Source: a virus
Strand: one strand, 5' to 3'
DNA: 64,000 nt
IMG/VR virus record: IMGVR_UViG_3300044730_000222
Coordinates: 1-64,000 of that record
The translations under genes were made by a program, and so were the position numbers. Below are positions 1 through 10,098 of the stretch, in pieces; positions within the stretch are counted from its first letter, which is position 1, and the number at the start of each line of letters is the position of its first letter. The notes under the pieces are model-generated. The model did no database searches, was not told where the DNA came from, and saw nothing but the letters and a program-made list of their open reading frames with translations.

Positions 1-2
1 CC

Positions 3-1985
3 TTCAGCCTCTAAATTGTCTACCCCGTCATAAATGGCAGACCAATTAATCTTCTTTATCTCACCAACATAGGCGTTATATTCATCTTTTGTAATTTGAG
101 TGTATGGTTGCTGTGGGTATGTTTTATTACCCATAGGCAAAAATGACACAGCCTTGAGTTGACCCTCATACATATGAAGTGCTGGAGCAACATGCTCTGT
201 CTCTTTGTCCTTGTCAAATGAAAGGGTAACAGAAACACCATTGTCTGACCAATACTTTTGAGTTGTAGCAGCAAGACCAATCTTCTCAAATAAAGTGACA
301 TCTTTTTCAGATCTAGCATGTCCAGAATGAACAGGGAAATATACAACAGTTGTATTTTGTGATACAAGATCTGCTTCCATTTTATACCCTGCTGCTTTAA
401 ACAAACTAATCATTGGATCTTGATTGCCAAAGCGGATTGCACGAAGGAAGAAGTTTCCTCCTGGCCCCCAGTGAACTCCTGGAGTTGCACCAGACAACAA
501 TGATACTGAGCCTGATGGCTTAACAGTTGTCACACGAATAGACTCACGAACACATAGCCACTCAGAGTAAGAATGATCATATTTACGAATAGTCTTGTAT
601 CCTTCATCCATCCATTCACGAACTGCTGGTAAACCTTTTTGATCTGCAAAAGAAGCAATACCAGTAAGCGATGTTCCAATACGACGGTTGCGTTGCATAA
701 TGCCATTTGTAATCTGCCAATGTGTAGGAACAAGAGTAACGGTCTTGCCATATAGATAAGCAAACTTTAAAGTACGCAAGAAATCTTCTTTAGATTCATG
801 ACGATTTAAATGTACTTCTACCAGTGTGCAGAGTTCATATGATTCCAATGGCTGCTCAGCACAAGGATTGAAGCCCATTACACGATAATCTTTTCCATCT
901 GCAGGATCTGCAAGACGGCCATAGTTACGAGCAACATCAAGCCAAATAAATCCTGGCTCTCCATTGTCTGCAATTAAATCTACATAATCTTCATACTTGG
1001 TTCCAACTTCTGCTGCAATAGAATTATTGCTCATCCATGCCCATCCAGGATTTTCTGGATCAAATGAGTTGCGCTCTGGAAACATCTCTGAATTCTTTAA
1101 ATTAATAAATCCATCATCTGACGGACTTCCAAGTGCGAGTGTAGCAGAACGACGAACATTACCAGCAACCACACAAGTTCCAATAAGATTTACAATATCA
1201 ACAATTGCACGAGAATCAAAAATATCTCCTGCTCTATCTCCAATTACTTTACGAATGGTTTCATGTAATTTAATCAATGGTGCTGGACCTGAAGCGGTAC
1301 CACCAAAACCTTTAATAGGTGCACCCAATGGTCTAATCAAAGAATAATCAAAATTAATCTTAGCCTGACCTTGTTTCAAATATGAATTAATAAGTAGTCT
1401 TACAGATTCTACCCATCCTTCTCTTGTATCAGGTATTTGATATGATATTTCTTCTTTGGTATTAGCATATATTTCCATACCCTTTTCTTGTCCAAGGGTG
1501 TCAAATCCTACTCCTACCCCAAGCATCAGAGCATCCATAACCCAGCCAAAAAGGGCTCCAGGGTCGTTTCTATCAATGTCCCTAGTAGATACCATGGCAC
1601 AGTTCTGTAAGGCCGCAGAATTGCGTCTCTCCATCGTCATAGGGGTGCCAAAGGCCCATAGTCCACGACCTGGGGGAGTCCATTTAAGATTAAACATACG
1701 ATCATAGGCTTCTTGGGCAGACTTCTGCGCTTTATTGTCATTCCAAGGAAGGCGGTTTTCTTTAGCATGATTCTTTTGAACAGAATACATTCCTTCAATT
1801 ACCCGCTTACAAACCTCATGCCAGCGTTCTTTTGTACCATCTTCTTTGACTCTTGAATATGTACGGATAAAAGTTATCTCACCTAAAGAGTTGCCACCTG
1901 CGTCAGTAAAGCCAAAAGGGGCCTCAACATCTTTATATTTATTAACAAATTCATCCAATAGCCTAAAAGAAAATACATCTGACAT
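3..1985 (-). CDS. nrdJ: Class II (adenosylcobalamin-dependent, RTPR-type) ribonucleotide reductase, C-terminus runs off the window
   Basis: Not in the ORF track because it is partial. Manual translation from ATG 1985 gives MSDVFSFRLLDEFVNKY...GEITFIRTYSRVKEDGTKERWHEVCKRVIEG...WTPPGRGLW, with NPCAEQ and TVKPSG motifs further on. Confidence 0.9.
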   Translation of the reverse strand, partial: MSDVFSFRLLDEFVNKYKDVEAPFGFTDAGGNSLGEITFIRTYSRVKEDGTKERWHEVCKRVIEGMYSVQKNHAKENRLPWNDNKAQKSAQEAYDRMFNLKWTPPGRGLWAFGTPMTMERRNSAALQNCAMVSTRDIDRNDPGALFGWVMDALMLGVGVGFDTLGQEKGMEIYANTKEEISYQIPDTREGWVESVRLLINSYLKQGQAKINFDYSLIRPLGAPIKGFGGTASGPAPLIKLHETIRKVIGDRAGDIFDSRAIVDIVNLIGTCVVAGNVRRSATLALGSPSDDGFINLKNSEMFPERNSFDPENPGWAWMSNNSIAAEVGTKYEDYVDLIADNGEPGFIWLDVARNYGRLADPADGKDYRVMGFNPCAEQPLESYELCTLVEVHLNRHESKEDFLRTLKFAYLYGKTVTLVPTHWQITNGIMQRNRRIGTSLTGIASFADQKGLPAVREWMDEGYKTIRKYDHSYSEWLCVRESIRVTTVKPSGSVSLLSGATPGVHWGPGGNFFLRAIRFGNQDPMISLFKAAGYKMEADLVSQNTTVVYFPVHSGHARSEKDVTLFEKIGLAATTQKYWSDNGVSVTLSFDKDKETEHVAPALHMYEGQLKAVSFLPMGNKTYPQQPYTQITKDEYNAYVGEIKKINWSAIYDGVDNLEAE

Positions 1986-2147
1986 TTAATTTACGAACCT
2001 CTCACTAAAAATAATATTAGAACTTTACAAATCGTAAAGTACTCCCAAGTATAGCACAAAGTTTTATTTAAAAACAAATTGATTTATAACGATTTTATAA
2101 ACTTTAACTATAAAGTTAAGGTTGAGTACTTTTAATTTTACAAAGTA

Positions 2148-4442
2148 CTAGCATCCAACAAGCATTAATTCACTAAATGCTGCTCCAGATGCTGGGGTTG
2201 ACCAAGACAGTGTGCCAGATCCGTTTGTTGATAATGTTTGTCCACTTGTTCCATCTGTAGATGGTAGTGTCCAAATTCTATTTGTGCTGACAGTTTCTGG
2301 TGCCTTAAATCCAACATAGTGGCTTGAATCTGTGTCTGCAAGTCTTAACTCACCTGTAGCGTTAAGTGTAATTGCTGTTGTAAATGAAGGTGCTGTACCA
2401 AAAACTAATGATCCTGATCCAGTTTCATCTGTTACTGCAGATGCAAGGTTGGCAGATGAAGGTGTAGCCAAAAATGTTGCAACTCCTGTACCCATTCCGC
2501 TGATACCTGAAGTTACAGGCAAGCCAGTTGCGTTTGTCAATGTTAATGCAGAAGGAGTTCCAAGATTTGGAGTTGTAAGAGTTGGGGATGTTGCAAATAC
2601 GAGAGAACCAGTGCCAGTTTCATCAGTAACTGCTGCAATTAAGTTAGCAGACGATGGAGTAGCCAAGAATGTTGCTACGCCAGTTCCTAAACCTGAAATA
2701 CCACTTGTTACAGGCAAGCCAGTTGCATTTGTCAATGTTCCTGAAGATGGGGTTCCAAGGGCACCGTTAAAGAGAACGGGCGCTCCAGCACTTCCAGTAT
2801 TTACAGCAAGAGCATTTGCAACTCCAGTTCCAAATCCAGAAATATCATTTGCAAGTCTTACTGTTAAAGTATTATTTGCTCCGTTAATTGTTTTGTTTGT
2901 AAGAGTTTGAGCAGTACTTAAATCAACAGTTGTTTCAGTATTAATACTAAAGGTATTTCCAGTTAAGGTTAGTCCAGTACCAGCCAAATATGTACCAGCA
3001 CCAGAGAACTGAGTAAACACGATAGGGTCTGTTCCTAGAGTGGTAACTACTTGAGTCTGAACCCAGCCAGTATTATCATTTACTGTACCACCAGAAACGA
3101 ATACGAAATCACCTGGATCAATTTCTGCTGCTGTATTGTAGTCTGCTGCACGAGCAAGATCTCCATTAATTACAACATAAATACCATTTTCCGACGTTGT
3201 GCTCTGATTCTTAAGAAGAACACGATCATTGATAGAAAGTGAAACGCCGTCTAATGTTGCTGGAGCAGTTGGCAAAGCAACATTGCTAGTTGAAGCAGCA
3301 ACTACAGAAGCATGAACGTGCAATCCTTCTGCCACTCCATCAACATAAGCCTTTGTAGCAGCATCTGACGCATTTGTAGGAGTACCAAGGCCAGTTACTT
3401 TATAAGTTGCTGCTGACAAGTCTGCAGAAAGTGCTGTTCCAGATCCAAGTGTTTTATTTGTAAGAGTTTGAGAACTTGATGTTGTGGCTATTGTAGAGTC
3501 AACGGCAATTGTTACTGCAGCAGATCCATCATAAGAGGTTCCAGAAAGCCCTGTGCTAATGGTTAAAGCATTTGGATTTACAGCGGTAACAGTAGCAGAT
3601 CCACCTAGTGAAATTGAACTACCATTTACTGTAATTAAAGAATTAGTTAGTGATGTGTTAGCAAGGTTTGTTATTGTATTGCTAGTACCTGAAATTGATT
3701 TATTGCTTAATGTTTCAGAGCCAGAAATGGTTGCAAAATCTGCATCCGTAAGTGCTGAGTTGAACTCTGCTAGTGTTCCAGAAACAGTATTTGAACCAAG
3801 AGCAATTGTTTTATTAGTAAGGGTAAGGGCATTATTTGTGGTAGCAACGACTGTAGTATCAACATTAAGAGTTACGGTACCACTTGTACCTCCTCCTGTT
3901 AAACCTGTGCCCGCTGTAACTCCTTCAATGTCCGCTGGTATTGAAATTGTTCCACCAAGAGAAACTGATGTTCCATTAATTGTGATTGCAGAATTAGAAA
4001 GTTTTTCATTAGCAATAGAACCAGCAAGCATAGTATTTGTGACTGTTCCAGTATCTCCACTGGTAATCATATTTCCAGTAACATTTGGAATCGTGATTGT
4101 TCTATCTTCTGTAGGATCTACTACAGTTACAGTTGTTTGATATGAATTTGTTGTTGCACCTTCAAAAATTACAGACTCTCTGGTTAATACATTTTTATTT
4201 GAATCAAGTTCTGCAACACCATCTGCAGAGCCTTTTTCTATAAGTTCAATATAGTCTGCAAGACTGCTATTAAGTTGTGCATCTGTAGCCATATAATCAA
4301 GGGCAGACCAAACAGATGAACCATCACCAATTTTGATTTGACCTAGGGTAGTATTGTATCCAACTTCACCTTCATTGAGAATTGGGTCTGCGGTATTCCA
4401 ATCAGAGGTGCTACCTCTACGCATTTGAATTCTAACGGCCAC
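2148..4442 (-). CDS. Tail fibre protein with Mtd-N/hyaluronidase-N-like N-terminus
   Basis: N-terminal RIQMRRG...W...PIL..GE.G......KIGDG...W..L.Y motif; Ser/Thr/Gly-rich repeats such as QTLTNKT and ATKAYVD. Confidence 0.85.
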   Translation of the reverse strand: MAVRIQMRRGSTSDWNTADPILNEGEVGYNTTLGQIKIGDGSSVWSALDYMATDAQLNSSLADYIELIEKGSADGVAELDSNKNVLTRESVIFEGATTNSYQTTVTVVDPTEDRTITIPNVTGNMITSGDTGTVTNTMLAGSIANEKLSNSAITINGTSVSLGGTISIPADIEGVTAGTGLTGGGTSGTVTLNVDTTVVATTNNALTLTNKTIALGSNTVSGTLAEFNSALTDADFATISGSETLSNKSISGTSNTITNLANTSLTNSLITVNGSSISLGGSATVTAVNPNALTISTGLSGTSYDGSAAVTIAVDSTIATTSSSQTLTNKTLGSGTALSADLSAATYKVTGLGTPTNASDAATKAYVDGVAEGLHVHASVVAASTSNVALPTAPATLDGVSLSINDRVLLKNQSTTSENGIYVVINGDLARAADYNTAAEIDPGDFVFVSGGTVNDNTGWVQTQVVTTLGTDPIVFTQFSGAGTYLAGTGLTLTGNTFSINTETTVDLSTAQTLTNKTINGANNTLTVRLANDISGFGTGVANALAVNTGSAGAPVLFNGALGTPSSGTLTNATGLPVTSGISGLGTGVATFLATPSSANLIAAVTDETGTGSLVFATSPTLTTPNLGTPSALTLTNATGLPVTSGISGMGTGVATFLATPSSANLASAVTDETGSGSLVFGTAPSFTTAITLNATGELRLADTDSSHYVGFKAPETVSTNRIWTLPSTDGTSGQTLSTNGSGTLSWSTPASGAAFSELMLVGC

Positions 4443-4481
4443 AATAAACCTCCAAGTTAACTTCTATTATACCAAAATTTG

Positions 4482-4883
4482 TCATGCTGCACTACCGCCA
4501 TCTATTACTGATGTAAATGATGTTGTTGCTGGTGTCCCGCCGTCAATTGCGGTACCAAGAAGTGGGCCTGAAGCACCGTTTCCTTGATATTGATAAACAT
4601 ATTCAACAAACTCTGTTTCTGTATTATGAGTGTGATCTGTTACGCCAGAAGTATCATCATAATTAGCCATTGCATACCAAGTAGAACTATAATAATAATA
4701 AATACGATTTGTATTTGTATCTAAATGCATTGCCCCATTTGATGGGCTTACAGGAAAAGTACTTCCTACAGTAATAGCAGAGCCTGTAAAGGCTGTGGTT
4801 TGAACTGTATTATCTGGAAAGGTAACTCCAGTGGCGACCTTAAGGCCTTGTTTTACTACAAAGTCTCTATCAGTTGTTGCCAC
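4482..4883 (-). CDS. Tail-associated virion protein
   Basis: N-terminus resembles the 823-aa fibre (MATTDRDFVVKQGL vs MATVDKAFRIKNGL); contains FPDNTVQTTA fibre motif; module context. Confidence 0.6.
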   Translation of the reverse strand: MATTDRDFVVKQGLKVATGVTFPDNTVQTTAFTGSAITVGSTFPVSPSNGAMHLDTNTNRIYYYYSSTWYAMANYDDTSGVTDHTHNTETEFVEYVYQYQGNGASGPLLGTAIDGGTPATTSFTSVIDGGSAA

Positions 4884-4912
4884 TGAAGTTCACTGTCCCT
4901 TCGTGGTTCACT

Positions 4913-7384
4913 TTACGCTTCGATTAGCGTTCTGTGTACCTTTACTGTTGTTCCGTTTGTTGATGTTACGAGTAGACGAACATCTGATCCTGAGTAATCT
5001 GCATCAATTGTGCCGATTTCTGCATTGCTTTGAACATCTGCATACTCAGTGATATAAACATTGTTATTTCCATCAACTGTTACTAAAGCCTCAAGAACTT
5101 CAATGTCATTTCCATTACGCATTTGAACTACATACTTAGCAGACTTAAATGTTGCTGCTGCCCATGAATCTACTACAGTTGCGCTAGTTGTTGTAACGCT
5201 TGTTGTAGCAGTGCCCATAAGAGCATCTGTAAGTGTTACATATCCAACTCCAACGCTTGCAAATGCTGGGCTAGATGTTGTAGCAATACTCTGTGGTAGA
5301 GATAGTGTTACCGAACCAGTAGAAGCAGATGCTATAACCTGATCTGCAGTTCCTGCAAGGCTTGTTACACCTGCGTTTGTAATTGTTAGAACATTGTTTG
5401 TTGTTGCATAAGATGCTGTAATTCCAGTACCGCCAGTTACTGCGTTACCAAAGTTATCTACAGCAGTTTCAATATCTGATGTAAAGGCTAGTGTGCCTGT
5501 TCCATCCTGAAGAGTAATTGTACGATCTGCTGTTGGATTTACAACTGAAAGTGTTGTTTCAAAGTCATCCGCAGAAGATCCTTCAAACACGATGCTTGAG
5601 TCATTTAACTTAAGTCCAGTTACTGTTGGTGTAGTAATTGATGGACTTGTAAGAGTCTTGTTTGTTAATGTCTGCGCTGTATTAAGATCTACTGTAACTC
5701 CAGTATTAATGCTGAATGTATTGCCAGTTAGAGTTAATCCATTACCAGCAAGATAAGTACCAGCACCAGAGAACTGTTCGAATGTAATTGGGTCTGCTCC
5801 CAATGTTGTTACTACTGCTGTTTGTACCCAGCCAGTATTATCGTAATTAGTACCACCAGTTACGAAGAAAAAGTCACCTGGATCAATTTCTGACGCTGTG
5901 TTATAGTCGCTTGCACGAACTGCAACACCAGACGTTGAAGCAATATAGATACCGTTTTCTGATGTTGTGCTCTGATTCTTAACAAGAACACGGTCACCAG
6001 CAACAAGAGTTACGCCGTCGATTACATCTCCAGCCTCAAGACCAGTTGATAGATCAACATTTGCGGTTGTTGCTGCTACTACAGAAGCATGAACATGTAG
6101 TCCCTCTGCAACTGCATCAACATATTGCTTGGTTGCTGCATCAAGAGCGTTTACTGGATCTGCATTAAGTGTTACAGAACCTGGAAATACTACTGCGTTT
6201 GGAAGAGATAGAGTAATGTCACCAGTTGTAGAACTTACAGCAATTTGACTTGATGTACCGCTTACGCTAGAAACACCAGCGGTAATATTGATTGATCCAC
6301 CAAGAGAAGTTGGAGTTCCATTAATTGTAATGCTTGAATTTTGAAGCATTGCATTTGTAACAGTTCCAGAATCACCTGTTGTAATTACTGTACCGCTTAC
6401 GTTTGGAAGAGTAATTGTGCGATCTGCAGTAGGATCTACTACTGTAAGAGTTGTCTCATAGTCATCTGCTGTTGCACCTTCAAAAACAACTCCATTACCA
6501 TTAATTAGTGGAGATGTAAGAGTCTTATTTGTAAGAGTTTGTGTGCCAGATGTTGTTGCTACCGTTGAATCAATTGCTACCGTTACCGCTGAAGATCCAT
6601 CATAAGATGTTCCTGAAAGACCAGTTCCAATTGTAAGAGCATTTGGATTTACTGCAGTGATTGTTGTAGATCCTCCAAGAGATACTGAAGAACCATTTAC
6701 AGTTACTGAAGAATTTGAAAGTTTATCGTTTGCAATTGAACCTGCAAGCATTGTATTTGTTACAGAACCAGTATCGCCAGTCGTAACGACAGTTCCAGTA
6801 ACTGCTGGGAATGTAATTGTTCCGCTTGCAGTGCTTTGTGCCAAAAGTTGTGTGTGTCCAGTTGTTGAACCATTTAGGTTAAGACCAGAGTTAACAAATA
6901 GGCTAGAAATTGTTGGGGTATTATTAAGAATAACTGTACTTCCAGAACCAGAATATGAGTTAATTGTATTATTCTGAATTTGGAATACGTTTCCTGTATC
7001 ACCTGTATCAAAAGTTTTGTTTGTAAATGTATCTGTTGTAGCCTTACCTACAAGAGTATCTGTTGCATTTGGAAGAGTTACTGTAACATCTTGTGTTGGT
7101 TCTGGTGCAAGAAGTGTTAACTCATAATCATCTGGTGTATTTCCTTCAAAGATGATTCTATCTGCAAATGTTGGGGTTGTTGATACTGTAGCAGTAATTT
7201 TTCCTGTTGTATCATTGTAACTAAATGCAATACCGCTTTGAGCGCCATCAAACATGGCCGCCGTAGTGTCTTGCAAGAATTCTGTGCTCGCTTCTGTAAG
7301 AACATTAGAGCCATTAACTGTAGCAGATGATCCTTCTACTACCAGGCCGTTCTTAATGCGAAAGGCTTTGTCGACTGTTGCCAT
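4913..7384 (-). CDS. Tail fibre protein, paralogous to 2148..4442
   Basis: Shares long blocks with 2148..4442 (FEGAT...DRTIT.P, YVD.VAEGLHVHASVVAA, ENGIY, IDPGDF.FV.GG); AAGGAG RBS. Confidence 0.85.
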   Translation of the reverse strand: MATVDKAFRIKNGLVVEGSSATVNGSNVLTEASTEFLQDTTAAMFDGAQSGIAFSYNDTTGKITATVSTTPTFADRIIFEGNTPDDYELTLLAPEPTQDVTVTLPNATDTLVGKATTDTFTNKTFDTGDTGNVFQIQNNTINSYSGSGSTVILNNTPTISSLFVNSGLNLNGSTTGHTQLLAQSTASGTITFPAVTGTVVTTGDTGSVTNTMLAGSIANDKLSNSSVTVNGSSVSLGGSTTITAVNPNALTIGTGLSGTSYDGSSAVTVAIDSTVATTSGTQTLTNKTLTSPLINGNGVVFEGATADDYETTLTVVDPTADRTITLPNVSGTVITTGDSGTVTNAMLQNSSITINGTPTSLGGSINITAGVSSVSGTSSQIAVSSTTGDITLSLPNAVVFPGSVTLNADPVNALDAATKQYVDAVAEGLHVHASVVAATTANVDLSTGLEAGDVIDGVTLVAGDRVLVKNQSTTSENGIYIASTSGVAVRASDYNTASEIDPGDFFFVTGGTNYDNTGWVQTAVVTTLGADPITFEQFSGAGTYLAGNGLTLTGNTFSINTGVTVDLNTAQTLTNKTLTSPSITTPTVTGLKLNDSSIVFEGSSADDFETTLSVVNPTADRTITLQDGTGTLAFTSDIETAVDNFGNAVTGGTGITASYATTNNVLTITNAGVTSLAGTADQVIASASTGSVTLSLPQSIATTSSPAFASVGVGYVTLTDALMGTATTSVTTTSATVVDSWAAATFKSAKYVVQMRNGNDIEVLEALVTVDGNNNVYITEYADVQSNAEIGTIDADYSGSDVRLLVTSTNGTTVKVHRTLIEA

Positions 7385-7403
7385 TCTTTATCTCCTTGTG
7401 GGT

Positions 7404-7841
7404 CTATGCCTTCAAACCAGTGCGGTAATACCGTATGGTCATCGGCGTTAGTGTTGGTGTCACCGTCATGCTAATTGTACCAGAATTTAAACTAGCAGTT
7501 ATATTTCCTACATTATCTCCAGTATTTGCTACTGAGGCAAATTCTGTAATATTTTGATTGGTACCATCAAAAACTAAGTTTATTTCAGTGCTTCTATAAG
7601 CACTTCCTGAAGCATTGGATAATTGGATAAGGTATTTAACTGTTCTCCAGGTAGATGTGTCTATTGTGTCAAATACTGTGGCTGATTCAATACCGTTGAT
7701 TGTTACGGAGTTATTTCCATCCCCGCCTAAAGCGTCAGCACGATAAGAAGTTGTGTCAATTAAATCGGAATAGTCTTGGCCAGTAGGTCTGTCGCCTGTT
7801 TCAAACTTTGCTTTTAACTGGTTGATGGGTAGGATGGCCAT
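7404..7841 (-). CDS. Tail fibre-associated protein
   Basis: LKAKFETGDRPT..DY.DLID N-terminal motif; C-terminus resembles the C-terminal domain of the 823-aa fibre; leaderless promoter. Confidence 0.65.
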   Translation of the reverse strand: MAILPINQLKAKFETGDRPTGQDYSDLIDTTSYRADALGGDGNNSVTINGIESATVFDTIDTSTWRTVKYLIQLSNASGSAYRSTEINLVFDGTNQNITEFASVANTGDNVGNITASLNSGTISMTVTPTLTPMTIRYYRTGLKA

Positions 7842-7853
7842 ATTAGGATTATA

Positions 7854-8021
7854 TCATAAAATGTAGTTATTAATACCAACAAGAGCAAGGCCAATAGGTG
7901 GTACGTTTGTGGGGGTATAAGAAGGAACCGTTATATTTGTAACTTTTATTTTAAAGGGTACTTTATAAATTACTTTTGCAAGACGACTACAATCATCCTG
8001 TATAACAGTTGCTGTAGCCAT
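7854..8021 (-). CDS. Small hypothetical virion-module protein (55 aa)
   Basis: Manual translation MATATVIQDD...PPIGLALVGINNYIL; fills the gap with a TAATG stop/start overlap. Confidence 0.6.
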   Translation of the reverse strand: MATATVIQDDCSRLAKVIYKVPFKIKVTNITVPSYTPTNVPPIGLALVGINNYIL

Positions 8022-8398
8022 TAATCTGTAAAGTCTTCAATCATTTTTATCTTACCCTGCAAAACTGTCCAGACAATTAGGTTTGCAGTTGTAGCCATTT
8101 GAATATCATATTCATCATTGGTTTCTAAAATCTCAGTTTCATCATGTGCCAAGTTAACGGTAAATTCTCCTGGACCGTCATCTTCGTCTGCTTCTGGGAA
8201 AATCTCTAAAACAATTGCACTACTTGAAGATCTATAAAAATCCATTTTGATTGACCAATCATCAATTACTAAAGGCTGTCCTGCGTCATCTTGAACATAC
8301 ATTTTAAAAGATGCAGTATCGCCTCTAACCATTGTCCAGATAGACTGTGGTGGCGCTGAACCTATAGCAACATCTTTTTGACTTCTGTATTGTGCCAT
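8021..8398 (-). CDS. Baseplate/tail adaptor-like protein (GDT motif), paralogue of 13232 and 13677
   Basis: RGDTASF...YDIQM...GKI pattern. Start moved to ATG 8398, which overlaps the upstream stop. Confidence 0.55.
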   Translation of the reverse strand: MAQYRSQKDVAIGSAPPQSIWTMVRGDTASFKMYVQDDAGQPLVIDDWSIKMDFYRSSSSAIVLEIFPEADEDDGPGEFTVNLAHDETEILETNDEYDIQMATTANLIVWTVLQGKIKMIEDFTD

Positions 8399-8931
8399 TA
8401 TGATAATCCTGTCTTTATTGATCCCCAAGTTCCGTTACCCTTGGTCATTCCTACAAGTATAATTCCATTTACATCAACATATGCAACAATACCAACTGCG
8501 CCAGAACCTGAAATTGGTTGAACATCTGTAAGACCCCCACCATCGGCGGTATACAAAATAGAACTAGAAGTAAAAGCAGCAGTGTTAATTCCTGAAAATA
8601 CACCAGATAGAACAATTACTCCACTAGATCCATCTGCTATTGCTGTTTGTGCTAATCCTGCTACAGGAAAAGTATTTATATCTGTTGAATCACATCTAGA
8701 TACTTCTGGCTTATTTTCTATAGAATCATATCCTGATATAAATACAGGATCACCTTTAGAAATATTTTCTCCACTATTGTTTGAGATTTCAAGGGTATGT
8801 AAAGGAAGTCCAATAGAAGGCAAAACATTTTCAATTTGTTCTGCTAATGCTTGTATATCTGAAGATACTGCTACAGGATCAGATAATACTGGATAAGGCA
8901 GATCGTATACGGGAGTTGAACCAGATGACAT
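8398..8931 (-). CDS. Virion structural protein
   Basis: TPVYDLPYP...D...DIQ.LAE motif typical of actinophage minor tail proteins; I.KG.PV.I.G capsid-cement-like motif. Confidence 0.55.
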   Translation of the reverse strand: MSSGSTPVYDLPYPVLSDPVAVSSDIQALAEQIENVLPSIGLPLHTLEISNNSGENISKGDPVFISGYDSIENKPEVSRCDSTDINTFPVAGLAQTAIADGSSGVIVLSGVFSGINTAAFTSSSILYTADGGGLTDVQPISGSGAVGIVAYVDVNGIILVGMTKGNGTWGSIKTGLS

Positions 8932-9017
8932 AGTTATTATATTATAGCACTTACATGAGTTGTACTTATGAGTAATTTTGTGTTATACTAGGTGTATGAC
9001 ACCGTATATGGTGTCAT

Positions 9018-9593
9018 ATGCATTTTAGGAGGATAAACTTGACAAATAATAAAATGCTTGTAGGGGTAATAGGTGGTGCGTTTCTGTTGGTATCTATTTT
9101 AGGTTCTATACCGTCTCATGCTACCAAAAACAATTTATCAAAACAGGGAGTAGTTACGCTTGCCACCCCAGAGGTGGCTTTTCTGCTTTCTAAGGATAAA
9201 AATGAAAAAATACTTACTAAGTATAAAAATGCGACAAGTTTGACTGACAGCCAGTTAGTTGAATTACTTGAGGCAGTGGGGTTCAAAGGAAAGGCTTTAA
9301 GAACTGCCTATGCAGTTGCTAAGGCTGAATCCAATGGTCGCCCGTTTGCTTTTAACGGAAACATCAAAACTGGAGACTCCTCATTTGGCGTCTTTCAAAT
9401 TAATATGCTAGATGTTCTTGGAGAAGATCGCCGTGAGCGATTTGATCTAGAGCATAATGCTGATCTTTTCAATCCCGTCATAAATGCTCAAATTGCATAT
9501 CGTATGACAAAAGGCGGTATTGATTGGAGTTCATGGTCATCCTATAACAAGGGTGCTGTGAATAAATGGCTAGATAAATTCCCTAATCAATAA
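9018..9593 (+). CDS. Secreted lysozyme-like / lytic transglycosylase
   Basis: N-terminal signal/TM segment; AVAKAESNG (catalytic Glu), GVFQIN, NP..NA..AY and W.SW motifs. True start may be a few codons downstream. Confidence 0.8.
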   Translation: MHFRRINLTNNKMLVGVIGGAFLLVSILGSIPSHATKNNLSKQGVVTLATPEVAFLLSKDKNEKILTKYKNATSLTDSQLVELLEAVGFKGKALRTAYAVAKAESNGRPFAFNGNIKTGDSSFGVFQINMLDVLGEDRRERFDLEHNADLFNPVINAQIAYRMTKGGIDWSSWSSYNKGAVNKWLDKFPNQ

Positions 9594-9603
9594 TTTAGGG
9601 CAT

Positions 9604-9650
9604 AAAAATACCCCCAGGCTTCAAGGTCTGGGGGATATTTTTTTTTCTTA
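9604..9650. terminator. Bidirectional intrinsic terminator
   Basis: A-tract, CCCCCAGGC/GTCTGGGGG stem, then T-tract, between convergent genes. Confidence 0.8.
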
Positions 9651-9651
9651 T

Positions 9652-10098
9652 TTAAACTTGTTCATCCCAAGAATTTGTTTCTTCGTTCCATATGTATATT
9701 TTAGGATTTTCTGGATCTTGTTCTGGGGGTGCTGGCCTTGTGTCATCCCATAGCAATGTTTCTGGGTTTAGTTGCCACCATGAATCGTTACTTGGTTTTG
9801 GAGGTATAAATCCATCTTTTTCTGGATCATATACAGACCCAGTTATAGCATAATTAAACCTATATCCTGATTCTTCAGTTAATTCATTTGTCTCAGGATT
9901 TTTTCTTTTACCACCAAAAGAGTTATACGATGTTCTTTTACAATTAAAGCCACTTTGTTGTGAATAAAATGCTTCCCATGCTTCAGATGATCCACCAACT
10001 TCTGTACCATCTAAATCAAGTTGTACTAGATTTTCATCAATGCCAACTATCACATTGACTACAATATTGTTTTCATCTAAAAAAGCATAGTGTGCCAT
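9652..10098 (-). CDS. Conserved tail-fibre-associated hypothetical protein
   Basis: MAHYAFLDENN.V..VIVG...RTSYN...RFNYA..G..YD...D.FIPPKP pattern typical of partners of Gly-rich fibres in aquatic phages. Confidence 0.6.
   Translation of the reverse strand: MAHYAFLDENNIVVNVIVGIDENLVQLDLDGTEVGGSSEAWEAFYSQQSGFNCKRTSYNSFGGKRKNPETNELTEESGYRFNYAITGSVYDPEKDGFIPPKPSNDSWWQLNPETLLWDDTRPAPPEQDPENPKIYIWNEETNSWDEQV

Noticed and set aside
56-1707. Short ORFs listed in the track over 1-2 kb
   Set aside because: They are shadow frames of the partial nrdJ gene, which is open from 1985 to the window edge.
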